Shown piece after piece: positions 12,333 through 25,111 of a stretch of DNA of 64,000 nucleotides (the stretch's first letter is position 1; the number at the start of each line of letters is the position of its first letter). Made by a program: the position numbers and the translations under genes. The notes beneath the pieces were generated by a model. It searched no databases. It saw nothing but the letters and a program-made list of their open reading frames with translations, and was not told where the DNA came from. Source of the DNA: Lama glama (taxonomy: Eukaryota); assembly GCA_028534125.1 (NCBI GenBank), contig CM052817.1, forward strand, positions 22,322,001-22,386,000, read 5' to 3'.

Positions 12333-14978
12333 CTATTTTAGAGAGGTGCAGAGGAGTTAAAAAAAACTTCCTGCAGGTCATCCAGTTAATAAATATCTGG
12401 GCTGGAATGAGGAGTTAGGACATATTGTGGAATCAAGATGGAACTGGAGTAAATTTAGGAATTTATTTAAAGCTAACAATATACACATAGATGCTCAAAT
12501 ATTTACAAATTTCCTAAGTGCTTAAAACACAGCTTCCTTGGAAGTAGCAAAAGAGCCTATAGATTTTAAGGGTATAAATAGTTTGTGTTTAAACATTAAA
12601 ATACCACCTATATATCTGTCATTCTTTTTGGTGTATGTGATCTTTAACAGAATTGAGGAATCTGATATTTAAATAAACAGAACAATGTTTTTAGCTGAAG
12701 ATACAATATAGTGTTATTTAGTTAGACACAGAAATTGCAATAAAACTGTTTAGCTCATTTTTTTTGTCCTCATAGCAAAACCATGCTTCCAGATTTTATG
12801 TCCCTCTGGGCGATTCTCGCTAGGTGTATTTAATCTTCTGAACAGAGCAATGTACTGTTCTAGTAGAATATTAATATTAATACTATATCAAACAACAGGA
12901 GCTTTACCTGGAAAGAGCAAGCACAGCAGGATTTGCCCAAGCAGAACAGACCATAGAAGAAGAACTTGAAAGCTCATGTGGGTCCAAAGAGGACAGTGCT
13001 GCTCTGGGGGACGCTCAGGGAGCAGGACTGAAAAGAGCAACCTGCCAGAGCCACCCCCCGCCTTCCTCCAGGACCCAGGCTTTTACCGTTGTGTCTCCGG
13101 TTTTAGAAAATTAAGGTGTAAGGTATTTCTGAGAAAGTTTGAAATCAAACAGCCTACACAGTTTAAATCACAGCAGAGTTCAGTATAAAATGCTCTAGAA
13201 TTTAAAACACATACACACACACTTAGGACTGCAAGCTTTGAAGTTTTGAGTTCTCTCTCAGAATAAATTACAAAACCAAAGGGAGACATTTTAAATTGTG
13301 TAGAATATATTTTAATGCTTAAGAAATAATACAGTCAATTCAACCCACATATTTGTGTACATATGTGCACACACATATTCATACCACGCAAATACACAGA
13401 TACACAATATAGACATGTGCATACGTGCATATGTATATATATGTATATGTGTGTATGTGTGTATATGTATATGTATTCAAAATACTAGAGATTTTCAAAG
13501 ACCATCAATTTTTTTCACATGAATTTAGAGTCAATTGATGGATACAAAAGCATGACAGAGATCAAATTATCAGTTTATTAGTGATAAATGTTAAAATACA
13601 TGGCTCATATGTATGCCAAATGGACTTTCTAACCTATCAATAAGTGGTGGACGGCAGACCCAATTGCCTATCTTGTACGGGTCAATTTTCTTAAAGAAAA
13701 CAAGAAAAAGGAGCTGATCGATCTGAGCATGTCCACTCTCTTCATCCAGTGAAGTGAATCAGGTATCTCACGTCTCCTCTAGGGAAATCATAGAATGAAA
13801 GTTGAGGAAAGGCCAAGAGTTTGATTCCAAGCAAGTTTCCTTACATGGTACTTGAGGAGTTAAGTATAATTGGTTGTGTTTGGGTGTATGTAAATGCACA
13901 TACTTTTATAGACATAAAACGACTCCTAATGTTTTCAGTGTTCTCCATTTGTTTCAAAATTTCTTATTAATATAGTTTTAAATAGCCTAATCAAGAGGGC
14001 TTTGTAAAAAAAATGTATGCTTCTATATATTACATGAACCATCTAACATCTTGCTGTCCCTTTTTAGTGTTAATTATGTGAATTCACATGATTGTTAAAA
14101 GATATTACAAACCACCTCTCCCACCTATAAGCAGATTAAATGTTAAGTGAATGTCAGTGGGCCTACTGTAGATTTTAGTGTTAAGATGAGTGGTATATAT
14201 GATGTCTCACCTTTAAAAAGCAAAATGATTTTTGAACAAAAGAAACTCAAAAGATAAAACCTGATTAATTCACACAGAAGGTTTCGGTAAACTCTGACTA
14301 CTTGAACATCAATATATCTATTTATTCTTCAACAATTACTGATTCTGCACTATATACCAGATACTTTAGCAATTACTAAAAATAAAAGAGTAAAATATGT
14401 AATGTAGTATGTCACACACATACAAGCTTGTAGTAAAATCTGCTGAAGTCCCTAAAGAATGCATTTTTTTTCTTATGTCATAAAAGGAAGGCAACCTACT
14501 TCATTCTAAGTAAGGGGAGTTTCTAAATGAAAATAACATACTTTTTTACCCCCTCACTCTTCCACATAATAGTAGAAATACTAGTACGAATGGTCAGAAT
14601 CCAGGATGTTTACAGGGCCATGTGTTTATCAGGAGATAAGATCACTTACTTGTAAGACCATGGGTTTTATTACATTAATTCTTCGGCCAGAAACTGGTTG
14701 CTAATCAGGTATTCAGTACTCCAAGGAGCTAGACAGTAAATAATTGGAGTGAATCTACCAATGCAGAGCAAACTCTCCCCACTTCTTATGGTCTACGTTT
14801 AGGCATGGGATAAGAAGCTTTAACATGCTATAGTCTTTGACCTGTTTTGTCAAGAATTGCAATATATCGAAGGTTATTAAAAACTTTCCTGTGCAATAAT
14901 AAAGTTAATAGTTTTAGTCTTATTGGGGTGAATCTTTTTTTTCTCTTTATATTTTATTAGTTAGAAAGGAAAATGAGT

Positions 14979-15129
14979 CACAAGGAAAAAAATTATAACT
15001 GTATGTGGTGACGGATGTTAACTAGACTTATTGTATCATCTTGCAATATATACAAACATTGAATCACTGTGGTGCACACCTGAAGCTAATATAATGCTAT
15101 CTGTCATTTATATCTCAAAAAAAAAAAAA
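14979..15129 (+). mobile_element. 5'-truncated L1 (L1MA9-like 3' end) with poly(A)
   Basis: GTGACGGATGTTAACTAGACTTATTGT...CACCTGAAGCTAATATAATG then A14; 16-bp TSD AGAAAGGAAAATGAGT (14963-14978)/AGAAGGGAACATGAGT (15130-15145), 2 mismatches. Confidence 0.85.
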
Positions 15130-15309
15130 AGAAGGGAACATGAGTGATTCGTATCGTAAGTTACAACATACTAGGACACAAACTTGAGCAGATGAAGGTA
15201 AAATTGAATGTGCATGTCTATTAAGTATGCTGGGATCTCAGATGTGACAGACTGAAATACCTGGAAACCGTTACAGACCTTGAGTGGCAGGTGAGATATT
15301 TTTAATTAT

Positions 15310-15600
15310 AATGATAATAATAATTAATATTCATAGAGTGCTTACAATGGGCCAGGTTCAATGCTAGATCTTTTCATGACATATCTCATTTACTCCGTAC
15401 AAAACCTGGTAAGGATAGTAATATTGATAACAGCATTTTAATGACTATTTCAAAATGTCCTAAGACTATTCTAAGTGATATATATAAACTATAGCATTTA
15501 GTTCTTGGAAGAGCTCTGTGAAGCAAATACTATAATTATCTTAACAGAGGGACACTGAAGCACAGAATGTTAAGTAAATTGCCAAAGATTATGCAGCCTC
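15310..15600 (-). mobile_element. Two adjacent MIR fragments
   Basis: ATAGAGTGCTTACAATGGGCCAGG and GGACACTGAAGCACAGAATGTTAAGTAAATTGCCAAAGAT. Confidence 0.6.
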
Positions 15601-16603
15601 TGCTTCTAAGATGTTTTGATGCCAATGTCTATTATAGAATACAATTCTTTCTAAATTCTCATGAACAGAGAACTGTAGTACAATAGATAATCTTCACTTT
15701 AGACATGACAGTGAGAAAACCAGAGAAATATCAGAGAATGGAGGAAGGCAGGAAGCTACGTTGGGAACTCGAAGACGAAACTAGTCTTATGTGAAAAGAA
15801 AGGGAAGTGGAACCAGAACAATGTATCTTGAATGAACGGCTTTGAAATGTGGAGTAGGAAAGAGAAAGATATTTTATTCATGACAAAATCAGTGGGGACC
15901 GCTAGAGCTCAGGAAAGTCTAACAGAAGGAAAAAGAAAGATCTCAGATTAGTAAACAAAATGTTTCCCTAGAGGAAACCCTTTGCAAAAAGTTACTGAGA
16001 GGCAGTTTCTTAAAGTTCAGACAGGAAGTCAGTAACCAAGCACCGACTATCTAGTTATAGGACTGGGATGGTTACATTTGGTATTTGAAGAGAAGACTAG
16101 GAATTCCAGTTAGAATATTTCAGACAACAATCAGTGCATTTAAAAGTTGTTGTTGGTGAGTTAGATTTAAAAAATATAAGGTGAACTAGGCAGCAATATA
16201 ACAAGTTGAGTCCAACACTAAGTGGAAACTTGGATTGGTAAATCGGTGTCCCCATGTAGAAATAGCCTGCAAAGGCAGCTATAACATTAGGATTTGTCTG
16301 AATAATAGACATTTTGTGCTGGCTTAGAAGTCATACTTTATATTATGAAAAGATTAATTAGGCTGTTTTTGATGTAGTATGCTAACAAACTTGTGTTTTC
16401 TTTCTGCTCTTAAAGCACTAAGAAAATCAAAGTATCTTCATCTTGAGATTTGTATAATGAACAGATGTACAGGCTGAAAAGGGTCAAAGGAAGACGAGAG
16501 GGCTAGAACCAAAGAGGAAGAATAGATCAAATGATTCTGATAAAAGAATATAGAGAACAGGGAACCAGAAGCTGTCAGATACAACTGTTTGCATTAGGGC
16601 AGG

Positions 16604-17148
16604 TGTCTTAGGGTTCTCCAGAGAAATAGATAGTTTAATGATTTGGGTTAATATTAATATTTAATACTAATACTGATACTGCTGATTCTGTTTAATATTA
16701 ATATTTAATATACATATTAAAGGAAATTAATGACAGTTTGGTTCATGTGTTTATGGAGAATGAGAAGTCCCACAATCTGCCATATGCGAGCTGGAGACCT
16801 AGGAAAGCCAGAGGTGTTGTTCAGTCGGAGTCTGAAGGCCTGAAAACCAGGGGAGGCAATGGTTTAATGCCAGTCTCAGAGCTGGAAAAGATGAAATATG
16901 TCTCCATTCAAGTAGGCAGGCAGGAAGCAAAAAGGGATGAATTCCTCCTTCCCCTGTGTTTTTGTTCTATTTAAGCTCTCAAAGGATTGGATTGTGCCCA
17001 CCTACACTTAGAGGGCAATGTATTTTACTAAGTCACTCATTCAAATGCTAATCTCATCCAGAAACAGCCTCACTGACCCATCTAGAGATAATGTTTAATC
17101 TGGGCACCCTGTGGCCAGTCAAGTTGAAACATAAAATTAACCATCACA
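16604..17148 (-). mobile_element. MLT2B-like ERVL solo LTR
   Basis: TGTCTTAGGGTTCTCCAGAGAAA...AAGTTGAAACATAAAATTAACCATCACA termini; 5-bp TSD GCAGG/GCAAG. Confidence 0.9.
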
Positions 17149-17154
17149 GCAAGT

Positions 17155-18211
17155 GATAGTCAGTTGTTGTCAAAGGAATGCTATATAACAAACCATTCCA
17201 AATCTCAGTGACTTACAACATAATCGTCCATTCTCACACTTGCAGGTCTGCAGGTAGACTGCTTCAGCTGACCAAGGTTGGTTTGGCTGACTGGCTCTGC
17301 TTTGTGTGGGATCAATTGTCTTGCACTAGCCTGGCAATTAGTTTCATTCTGGGCTCAAGACTGAAGAGGGTGTGGTTACCATAAGGATAAGCTTCTCACA
17401 GCAAAAAACCAGATCACAAATTTATTTGAAGACTCTAATTTGAAAACGTGTATTAACACTGTATTAGTCAAAGTAAGACAGGAAGGGGGCAGGGCACAGC
17501 CTTTCAAGGAATAATACAGCAGTTAACATCAGAATGGTGGAAGATTCAACCCCTAGTAGGCCTTGAGGCTCAAGATGGTGGGAGATTTGCCTTCTAGCAG
17601 AACTTGAGCTTCATTATACGCTCATTGTAATATATTAACATAGTGAATAACACGCCCGCAGGCAGTCCCAAGGCTAGCCACAGAAGGTCAAAGAGTGGAA
17701 ATGGCCAACTTCCTGGGAATCCCAGCCCCTTCCCCAGGCTAGTTAGACTGGTCCTTCCATTATTCCATTATGAGCATATGAAACCACCAAGCCCATAAAA
17801 ACTAGTAACACGGCACCTCGCGGCCACCCCTCTCTCTCCCTCTTCAGAGGCGGCCCCACACACTGTCTATGGAGTGTGTACCCACTTTTAATCTGAGCAC
17901 CCAACCCCTACACCTATGGCCTTTCTCTTGCCTTTCACTGTATTTCTCTGAATAAATCTACCTTTACTTAACTGTGGCTCGCTCTTGAAATCTTTCCTGC
18001 GTGAAGCCAAGGACCCACACTTGGCGGGGCATGTCCCAGGGGCTCAACCGAAGCCTGGGACACAGCCCTCCTCACGCCCCACATCCATTTTTCCTGCATC
18101 AAAAGCACGTCAAATATGCAAGCCCAGTGTCAGGGGGACAAGGATATACATTTTATCCTCAGTTGGAGAAGATGAATGAATGTCTATTAAACAATAATCT
18201 AAACTATTACT
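17155..18211 (-). mobile_element. MLT1H/I-like MaLR LTR split by the 17474-18101 insertion
   Basis: GCTATATAACAAACCATTCCAAATCTCAGTGACTTACAACA on the left; ATTAGTCAAAG|CACGTCAAATATGCAAGCCC rejoins the MLT1 motif ATTGGCCAAAGCAAGTCACATGGCCAAGCCC across the insert. Confidence 0.65.
17474..18101 (+). mobile_element. MER41-like ERV1 solo LTR
   Basis: TAAGACAGG...CCTGCATCA termini; perfect TSD AAAG (17470-17473, 18102-18105); AATAAA 17951-17956; GCTCGCTCTTGAAATCTTTCCTGCGTGAAGCCAAG U5 motif; many retained CpGs. Confidence 0.85.
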
Positions 18212-18869
18212 GGACAATACTATGTTAAAGAGTAATTAAATTTCAAGGGCGCTAAGACCATGATTTTTTTTCAGACTGAATAAATGTTCCTGATTAGAGG
18301 AGCCCTTCCCTAAGAAGAGAGACTCAGTGGAGCTGGTATGATTCACATTACTTTGGGAAATAGAGTTGCAAACAGAAACAATACAAGGCCACTGATATAT
18401 TAACAAATGAATGTATTCAAGACTAGTAAGACTTGGGTTTCTTGATTCTAGTAAATCCCACGGGGATACCAGCCTGTATTTAGAGGGTGCAAACAATCTG
18501 AATCTGTGGGCTTTAAATGTTACCCAAGTGCTTCTGTTAGCCTAATGGAACATACCTTTCAGAGAATGAGAACGATGGTTGAATGAGAGACTGAGATATT
18601 CAGGGAGTAAGTGAGGATATCCTATTAAGAGGAGACAGTTCGCAGGAGAAATGAGCGTGGGTTAAAATGGCATTGACTGGACTGGCATTGGCTGGGATCT
18701 TACACAAATTAATAGTTTTTGGAGATCTGAGGAAGTTAAATATAAACATATATTTACTTAATAGGCATTTATTTAGACACTTGCCTGCATTAAAAATAAC
18801 TTTTATTTACCAAATACATATATGAAGAGTGAAAAGAGAATTGAAAGAGAGGAAGAAAATGGTATTTGT

Positions 18870-19800
18870 AATGTATGTTACCCCTTCTCCTCCCCAAAAA
18901 GAAAGAACTAATTCTAGAATATATAGAAACATGCACCTTTTGGGGAAAAAAGCTAGACAGCTGAAGGGGAAGATAAGCAAACTATTTAACAGGCAACCCA
19001 TGTATACACGTGCATGTGAACACACACATACTCATAAAAACATTTAAGAAAATTAATAATAATATGAAATCAATATTCAATTCATTAATAATCCACAAAT
19101 GCAAACTAAACCTTAATAAAATATCATTTTATACTGATCAGATTGTGAAAAATGTAAAAGTTTGACAATGCTTAGTGTTGGCAAGGATGCTAACTAATAC
19201 GTATTTTCTTACACTACTGAGAAAAATTTTGCAACAGTTTTGGAAAATTGTGTGGCATTATCTTTAAAATTTGAAGATGAACATATCATATGACCCAGAA
19301 ATTCTGCTTCTAGCTATTTGCCACAGATCTACACTGTCCAATACAGTAGCCAGTAGCTACGCATGGTAATTTAAATTCAAATTGAAATAAAATCAAACTA
19401 AAAATTTAACTCTTCAGTTACGTTAACCACATTTCAAATGCTATTCAGCCATATACAACTACTGGCTAACATTTTGGATTGCACACATAAGGACATTTCC
19501 ATCATATGCGCCCCAAGATACATTTACAAAAATCACCCTTGCAGTATTATTTGTCATAGTCATACACTGGAAATAACTCAAAGGTCTAATAATTTTAGAC
19601 ACAGTATATTTATGTAATTATATACTGCAAAGAAAATGAAAAAGAAATACACCCAACACACTGTATAAATATTAAATGAATATACTTGGTATGATTCCAT
19701 TTATGTAAAAGTTAACCCCAAACAAACAAAAACAAAAATCTGTATTATGTTGATTGAGGTTGTACACATAGTTGGAAAATCGTAACAAAAAGTCAAGGAA
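18870..19800 (+). mobile_element. L1ME-like ORF2 C-terminus/3' region, interrupted by MER3
   Basis: AGTGTTGGCAAGGATG and CATATGACCCAGAAATTCTGCTTCTAG are L1 ORF2 C-terminal motifs; continues after 19505. Confidence 0.7.
19329..19505 (-). mobile_element. MER3 hAT-Charlie MITE
   Basis: CTGTCCAATACAGTAGCCAGTAGCTAC...CCACATTTCAAATGCT...GGCTAACATTTTGGA...ACATTTCCATCAT. Confidence 0.8.
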
Positions 19801-19968
19801 ACGACACACCTAGATGCATACACACACATCACACACACACAGAGAAGCAGGGAAAAGAATGAATAAATGAATAAATTGGTAAATAATTATGAGAGGAGCC
19901 AAAGTTATCCTAAAATTTCCAGGCTCAGAGCTGTAAGACAACCATCAGGAATAAGAATAGAAGGAGAA

Positions 19969-20135
19969 GGGAGGAGGGTATACCTCACTGATAGAGTGCG
20001 TGCTTAGCATGCACAGGGTCCTGGGTTCAATTCCCAGTACCTCCATTAATAAACAAACAAAGAAACAAACAAACAAATAAATAACAAAAAACTGATTAAC
20101 TTCTTCCCTGCTACAAAAAAGATTTTTTTTTTTAA
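19969..20135 (+). mobile_element. Camelid vic-1-type tRNA-derived SINE
   Basis: GGAGGGTATACCTCACTGATAGAGTGCGTGCTTAGCATGCAC...GGGTTCAATTCCCAGTACCTCC with A/B boxes, then (AAAC)n and an A-rich tail; TSD unclear. Confidence 0.85.
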
Positions 20136-20689
20136 AAGACAGAGAGAATGAAGGGAAAAATGAGATGCTTTCATCAGATATATTATACTTAAGGAAAGAT
20201 CAGGGTATCAATAAAACAGCTATCAGGAAAGAGTACATTTAAGGCTGAAATCACAGAGATTGGTTTGGGCTGAAAAAACAGATTTAAGAATCAACCATAT
20301 GGGGATAATGGTTGAAGCTGGGAGATTAGATGAAAGTCTTAGAAAGTTGGCTACTGGGAGAACAAAACATACAAGAAAAGAAAAGGAAAAGGGATGCAGG
20401 AAAGACAAATCCTCTCTAATGGACTTGTCGCAGCCTGCCCAAAGAAATTAACCCAGCACGTGCGCAGTGCTCCAGTGCCCTAGCTTTCCCGCTTTGCAAT
20501 GAAATAAATTAATCTGAATCTCCCTTGATTCCGAAAAGAAATCCTGGCATTAAACCTCTGCATTTTCAGCTCTCACCTATTTAAAGACAAAACAAAATAA
20601 CTTCTAATCTTTCAAATGTCAGCTGAAATTTTAGGTATCTGGCCTAAGTCATGAACATTGATAAACTTTCATTCTCTACCTTATCTTTG

Positions 20690-20896
20690 TAGCAGTGATC
20701 ACAGACGGGAATTATACACCTACAGTATGCCTATGGCTGCTTTATTATAATTACCTCCTCCATCAAATTCTACAAAAACAAGAATCATGTCATTTTAACT
20801 CACCATTCCACTTCTAGTTTCTATGCAGAAGAGGCACAAAATAAGTATTTGTTGAACAAATGACTAGCTGAATAAATGAAGAATGAATGAATGAAT
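20690..20896 (+). mobile_element. L2 3' end
   Basis: AATAAGTATTTGTTGAACAAATGA...GAATGAATGAATGAA tail. Confidence 0.55.
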
Positions 20897-22884
20897 TAAA
20901 GACGACCTTTTCTGTTTGCACTGTGGTGTACTTCTGAACGATTCATCATGTGTTGACTACTTGACAAAAATGTGTTATCAATTAAGGGCAGGGATGGAAT
21001 GAAGCAAACCTTTTTTTTTTTTTTTGGCTCCTGTGTTCCTTCCAGATACCTTCCAAAATTGTATACATATGTACATAGAAATCCTCCTTCTATAGGACAC
21101 CACACAGAGACATAAATGCACAAATGCCACAAAGAAGGAAACCAAGTCTAGGAAAAATATAAGCCAAATAAATAGAGGCCAGCAGCAATTGCCTTTTCTT
21201 TCTTTGCCCCTATCTCCACATTTCAAAGGTAATTAATCTCCAGTTTTCTTGAATTCTATTCTACCCATGTGATTTTCATAAGATATTTGATGATCCCTTC
21301 ACGTGAATTTATTTCAAAGTGCTATCATTCCTAAAGGCATTTTGTCTTTTGACTTAAATCATGGAATGGATGGTAATAAAATAACCAAGCGTCAATGGTA
21401 AGTGGGCTTTGAATTCACACAAAAGATTCTTTCTCTAGAGAGAGGTAAAGTAGTGGAGGTACATTTGAATGTATTAAATTTATTATTTTGTTGAAAGAGA
21501 TTCTGACAAGAAAAAGGACATTGGTTTTAGAATTCTGGAAAAGTTCTTCATTTTTTGTCTTTGCTTTGTATTTTCAGGGTAACTGTTGTTAATTGATGTG
21601 CTAAGCCCTAATCATGAAAGATTTTACGCAATTAAATGTAAGGATTAAGTATTTACCAATTCCCAGATTTATATATTAATCTAGGATGTACATAAATTGA
21701 AATTGGCGTATATGTGTTTTCAACTCTACCAGATGTTCTGAGAAATCATTGGAAACTTAGGGATTACTACCAGTATACTGATTTAGTGGAAGTCATTTGG
21801 CTAGATAGATCAGAATAAATATGTTTATTCAGTATTATTTGACATAAAGAAATATAGAACAATTCATATAAACTCATACTGCATGTCTTTTAAGTCACTT
21901 TGAATTCAGTTTTTCTTAGATCAGATAATTTTAAGTAGTACATTTCAGATTTTAATTTTTGGGGAAAAATACAGTGTTCACAATCATTCTTTTCTTTGAC
22001 ATAATATAAAATCAGTTTTAAAATAAACTTTCAGAACTCTATTCCCAAGTTGATCAAAAGACTTTTGTAAAAGTAAGAATCATATTAAGGCTGAATGGGC
22101 AGTTTTTTTGCAAGAATATTCTGGGTTTCTACAAATTCTAGTAAACCTTGAACTTTCAGATAAAGTTGGTTAATGAAAGAGTCAATTAGTTTATGTAAAT
22201 AAAAATATTTAAAACAGTAATCAATTGCTGAATTTCTCTGTTTTTGAGTTAGAGAAAAATATAAATATTTTCTTAGATGTTGGCTAAGAAAATGAAGCTA
22301 AATAACATATTGCAATTTTACCTCCTTAAGAGGAATCATCAAAATCGTCAGCAAGGGCCTGGGCATTTTGCTCCTAGGAGCCCTGTTTAAAACTTTTAAT
22401 ACTTCAATCTCTCATTGCTTGGTTACCAATGGCAACAGGAAATTGCAAGAGAACCAGAGACATGTTTCCTTACCAAGCATTTAGACCCTTTCCTAATCAC
22501 AGATAAGTCCGTCCAACCTAATGTGTTATATACCAGCATCAGAAGGGATGCAATAATACAGGGGTTCCTAGTAACCCTGCCGTTTGATAATTCGTTGTTC
22601 ACTTGTTTTACCTATGTATTTATTTCTAACTTGTCAACTATTTCTGAAAATAATTTGAAGGCAACATAACTTTAAAAAAAAGCAATTTTATAAAAAAGAA
22701 GTCTGAAGAAAAGAATAGGAAACTGAGGTAGAAGGTTTACTCTGAGTTTCCTGGTACACAAGTTAAGTCTATACTCATATGACATAATTATTTTCCAGAA
22801 ATGTTAAGGAAAAAGTCCCATGTAAATCTTTAAATGCAAAACATGTGTTTAACAATGTTTTCAATAATGGTGCATATAAGAAAA

Positions 22885-23082
22885 TTTTTTTTTGCATTTA
22901 AAAAAATTCTACTGAAATGTAGTTGATTTACAATGTTAGTTTCAGGTGTACAGCAAAGAAATTCAGTTATACATATACATACATAGATAATTTTTTTCTT
23001 TTCAGATTTATTTCTATTATATGTTATTACAAGAAATTTAATATAGTTCCATGTGCTACACAGTATGTCCTTATTGTTTATT
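22885..23082 (-). mobile_element. Cetartiodactyl L1 3' UTR fragment
   Basis: GTAGTTGATTTACAATGTTAGTTTCAGGTGTACAGCAAAG...ATATAGTTCCATGTGCTACACAGT. Confidence 0.8.
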
Positions 23083-23087
23083 TAAAA

Positions 23088-23280
23088 AATTTTTTTACTG
23101 AAGTATAGTCAGTTTACAATGTGTCAATTTCTGGTGTACAGCACATTGCTTCAGTCATACATGAACATACTTGTATTTGTTTCCATATTCTTTTTCACTG
23201 TGAGCTACTATAAGACATCGAATGTATCTCCCTGTGCTGCACAGTGTAAACTTGTTTATCTGTTTTATATATACCAGTGT
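23088..23280 (-). mobile_element. Camelid-type L1 3' UTR fragment
   Basis: TTTTTTACTGAAGTATAGTCAGTTTACAATGTGTCAATTTCTGGTGTACAGC...CCCTGTGCTGCACAGT. Confidence 0.8.
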
Positions 23281-23984
23281 AAGACACAATTTTTAAATGG
23301 TCTCAAAATGTGAAATTCAATAAAATTGATTTTATGTTTATTATAAAGTTCTCTACAAATATTTGCAATGTCTTTTTGTTTTAAGTTTATTAGGGAGAAG
23401 GAAAATACGCATTTTAAAAAAATTCTGTCTTCATACCACAAAGTATATTGGGGAATACTAGCTATGTACTTAGGACCTAAAATTATAGAGTGAAGGAGAT
23501 GTTGAAAGATTGGAAATGTTCATTTCCTCAATATACCAGGTATTTAAAAACCTCTACACAATAATTGTGATCACTTTTATGTGGATAGGTTCAAATATTG
23601 GCTATTTAGGATTTTTTTTTTTTTTTAGTTTACCGGGAGATGCTAATTACGAAAAAGTAAAACTTGATTTCAATAATAGTAAGTTATCTTATCTTCATTT
23701 ATAGAAAGTAATGAAGAAAAAAATTTAATTTGGAATTATTAACAGTAAGCCCTAGCTACGTAAAATTTCAAGTAATATTTTAAGGGCTGTAACTGATCTG
23801 GAACACATCAATTTACTTTCCTTAGGTATTTCTAGTATAATTTTTGGTATTACAGGTTTATTAGTTTCTGTAACTCCAGTTAAATACCAGTGTATCAGAA
23901 TTGGATAAATATCTTAATTTTTCATGCAAGAAATAAATAAAAGGTTACAGAATGACCATTAAAAGTATTAAAAAAAGACTAGTC

Positions 23985-24390
23985 AAAGGCTACCCCAGAT
24001 TTACCATATATTAAAATATAATATAAAGTCACTGACAAAAGAACTATGCTGTACTGTTATAGAACTGACAGATATACTAATGCAACAAAATAGAAATCCC
24101 CCAAATGTATGCTCACATATACATGCATGACAAAGTTGATTATTTTAATTCAGTGGAAAATAAAGTTTTATTTAATAAAATATGCTGGCACAACTGATTA
24201 TGAATCTTGAAAAAATAAACTTGGATTTTTACACTGTACATTCAAAATAAATTCTTAATAGATTAATGGATTAAATCACATTAACAGCAGCCATTAACAA
24301 TTAGCAAGCTTAAAATAAAATTTAGGATAGTATATGTATGCACAAAGGTTTAAGAAGAAGAAACTCTCAACAAGACAGGGAACTCAGAAT
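23985..24390 (+). mobile_element. Old L1M ORF2 fragment
   Basis: ATTCAGTGGAAAATAAAGTTTTATTTAATAAAATATGCTGGCACAACTG matches the L1 ORF2 'LFNKWCW.NW' region. Confidence 0.6.
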
Positions 24391-25111
24391 TAAAATGTGT
24401 GTTTATATCAATCTATTATATATATATCTATATATTTACCTATATATCTATAATAACCTATAATATAGATGAATAAAGAGATCTACATCACGTGCATATT
24501 ATCTATATTACATATAGATAGCTATATTATATATAATATAGATATATAGAGATCTGTATAAATAATACATACAAATATAATTAGTTTTTATAATGTTTTT
24601 TCACATTTAATTCATGAAACTGTCAAAAATCATATTTTAACATGCTAACATTTTGCACAAGTTCTCTAAAAAACATAAATATGTTAAGTTGTTATTTTGG
24701 ATATTATCACTTTTTTTTTAACTTTGACCACAAAGAATTTAAAAGAAATCTAAACTAAGTAGAGTTCTATTTCATGTAAATTTTATGTAAAATTATTATC
24801 AATAGTCTATGAAAATTCATTTATCTATACTAGCTATGATTTTTGAATTCTCATAATTGTCTGATGGATTTCACTATTTCTGATACATTTGGAAATTTTC
24901 ATTTCAGATAGAAAGACTTCAAATTCAAATTCAAATTAGAAAGACTTCTTTTCATTTTTAATTATAAAGTAGGAAAATATGGAAGAAATTTAATGGTTAT
25001 TATAAAACAAAGTGAAGTTTTAGTTTTACTTAAGTAACTTCAAATATCAGTGAGCTTAACTGGCAAATATTTTCACAGATCCTGGGGTACTAAGACTTTG
25101 GTAGGTTTTGA

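Noticed and set aside
19969..20045. tRNA-like A/B boxes (also 43095-43165)
   Set aside because: Followed by simple-repeat/A-rich tails (with a TSD in the second copy); these are SINE heads, not tRNA genes.
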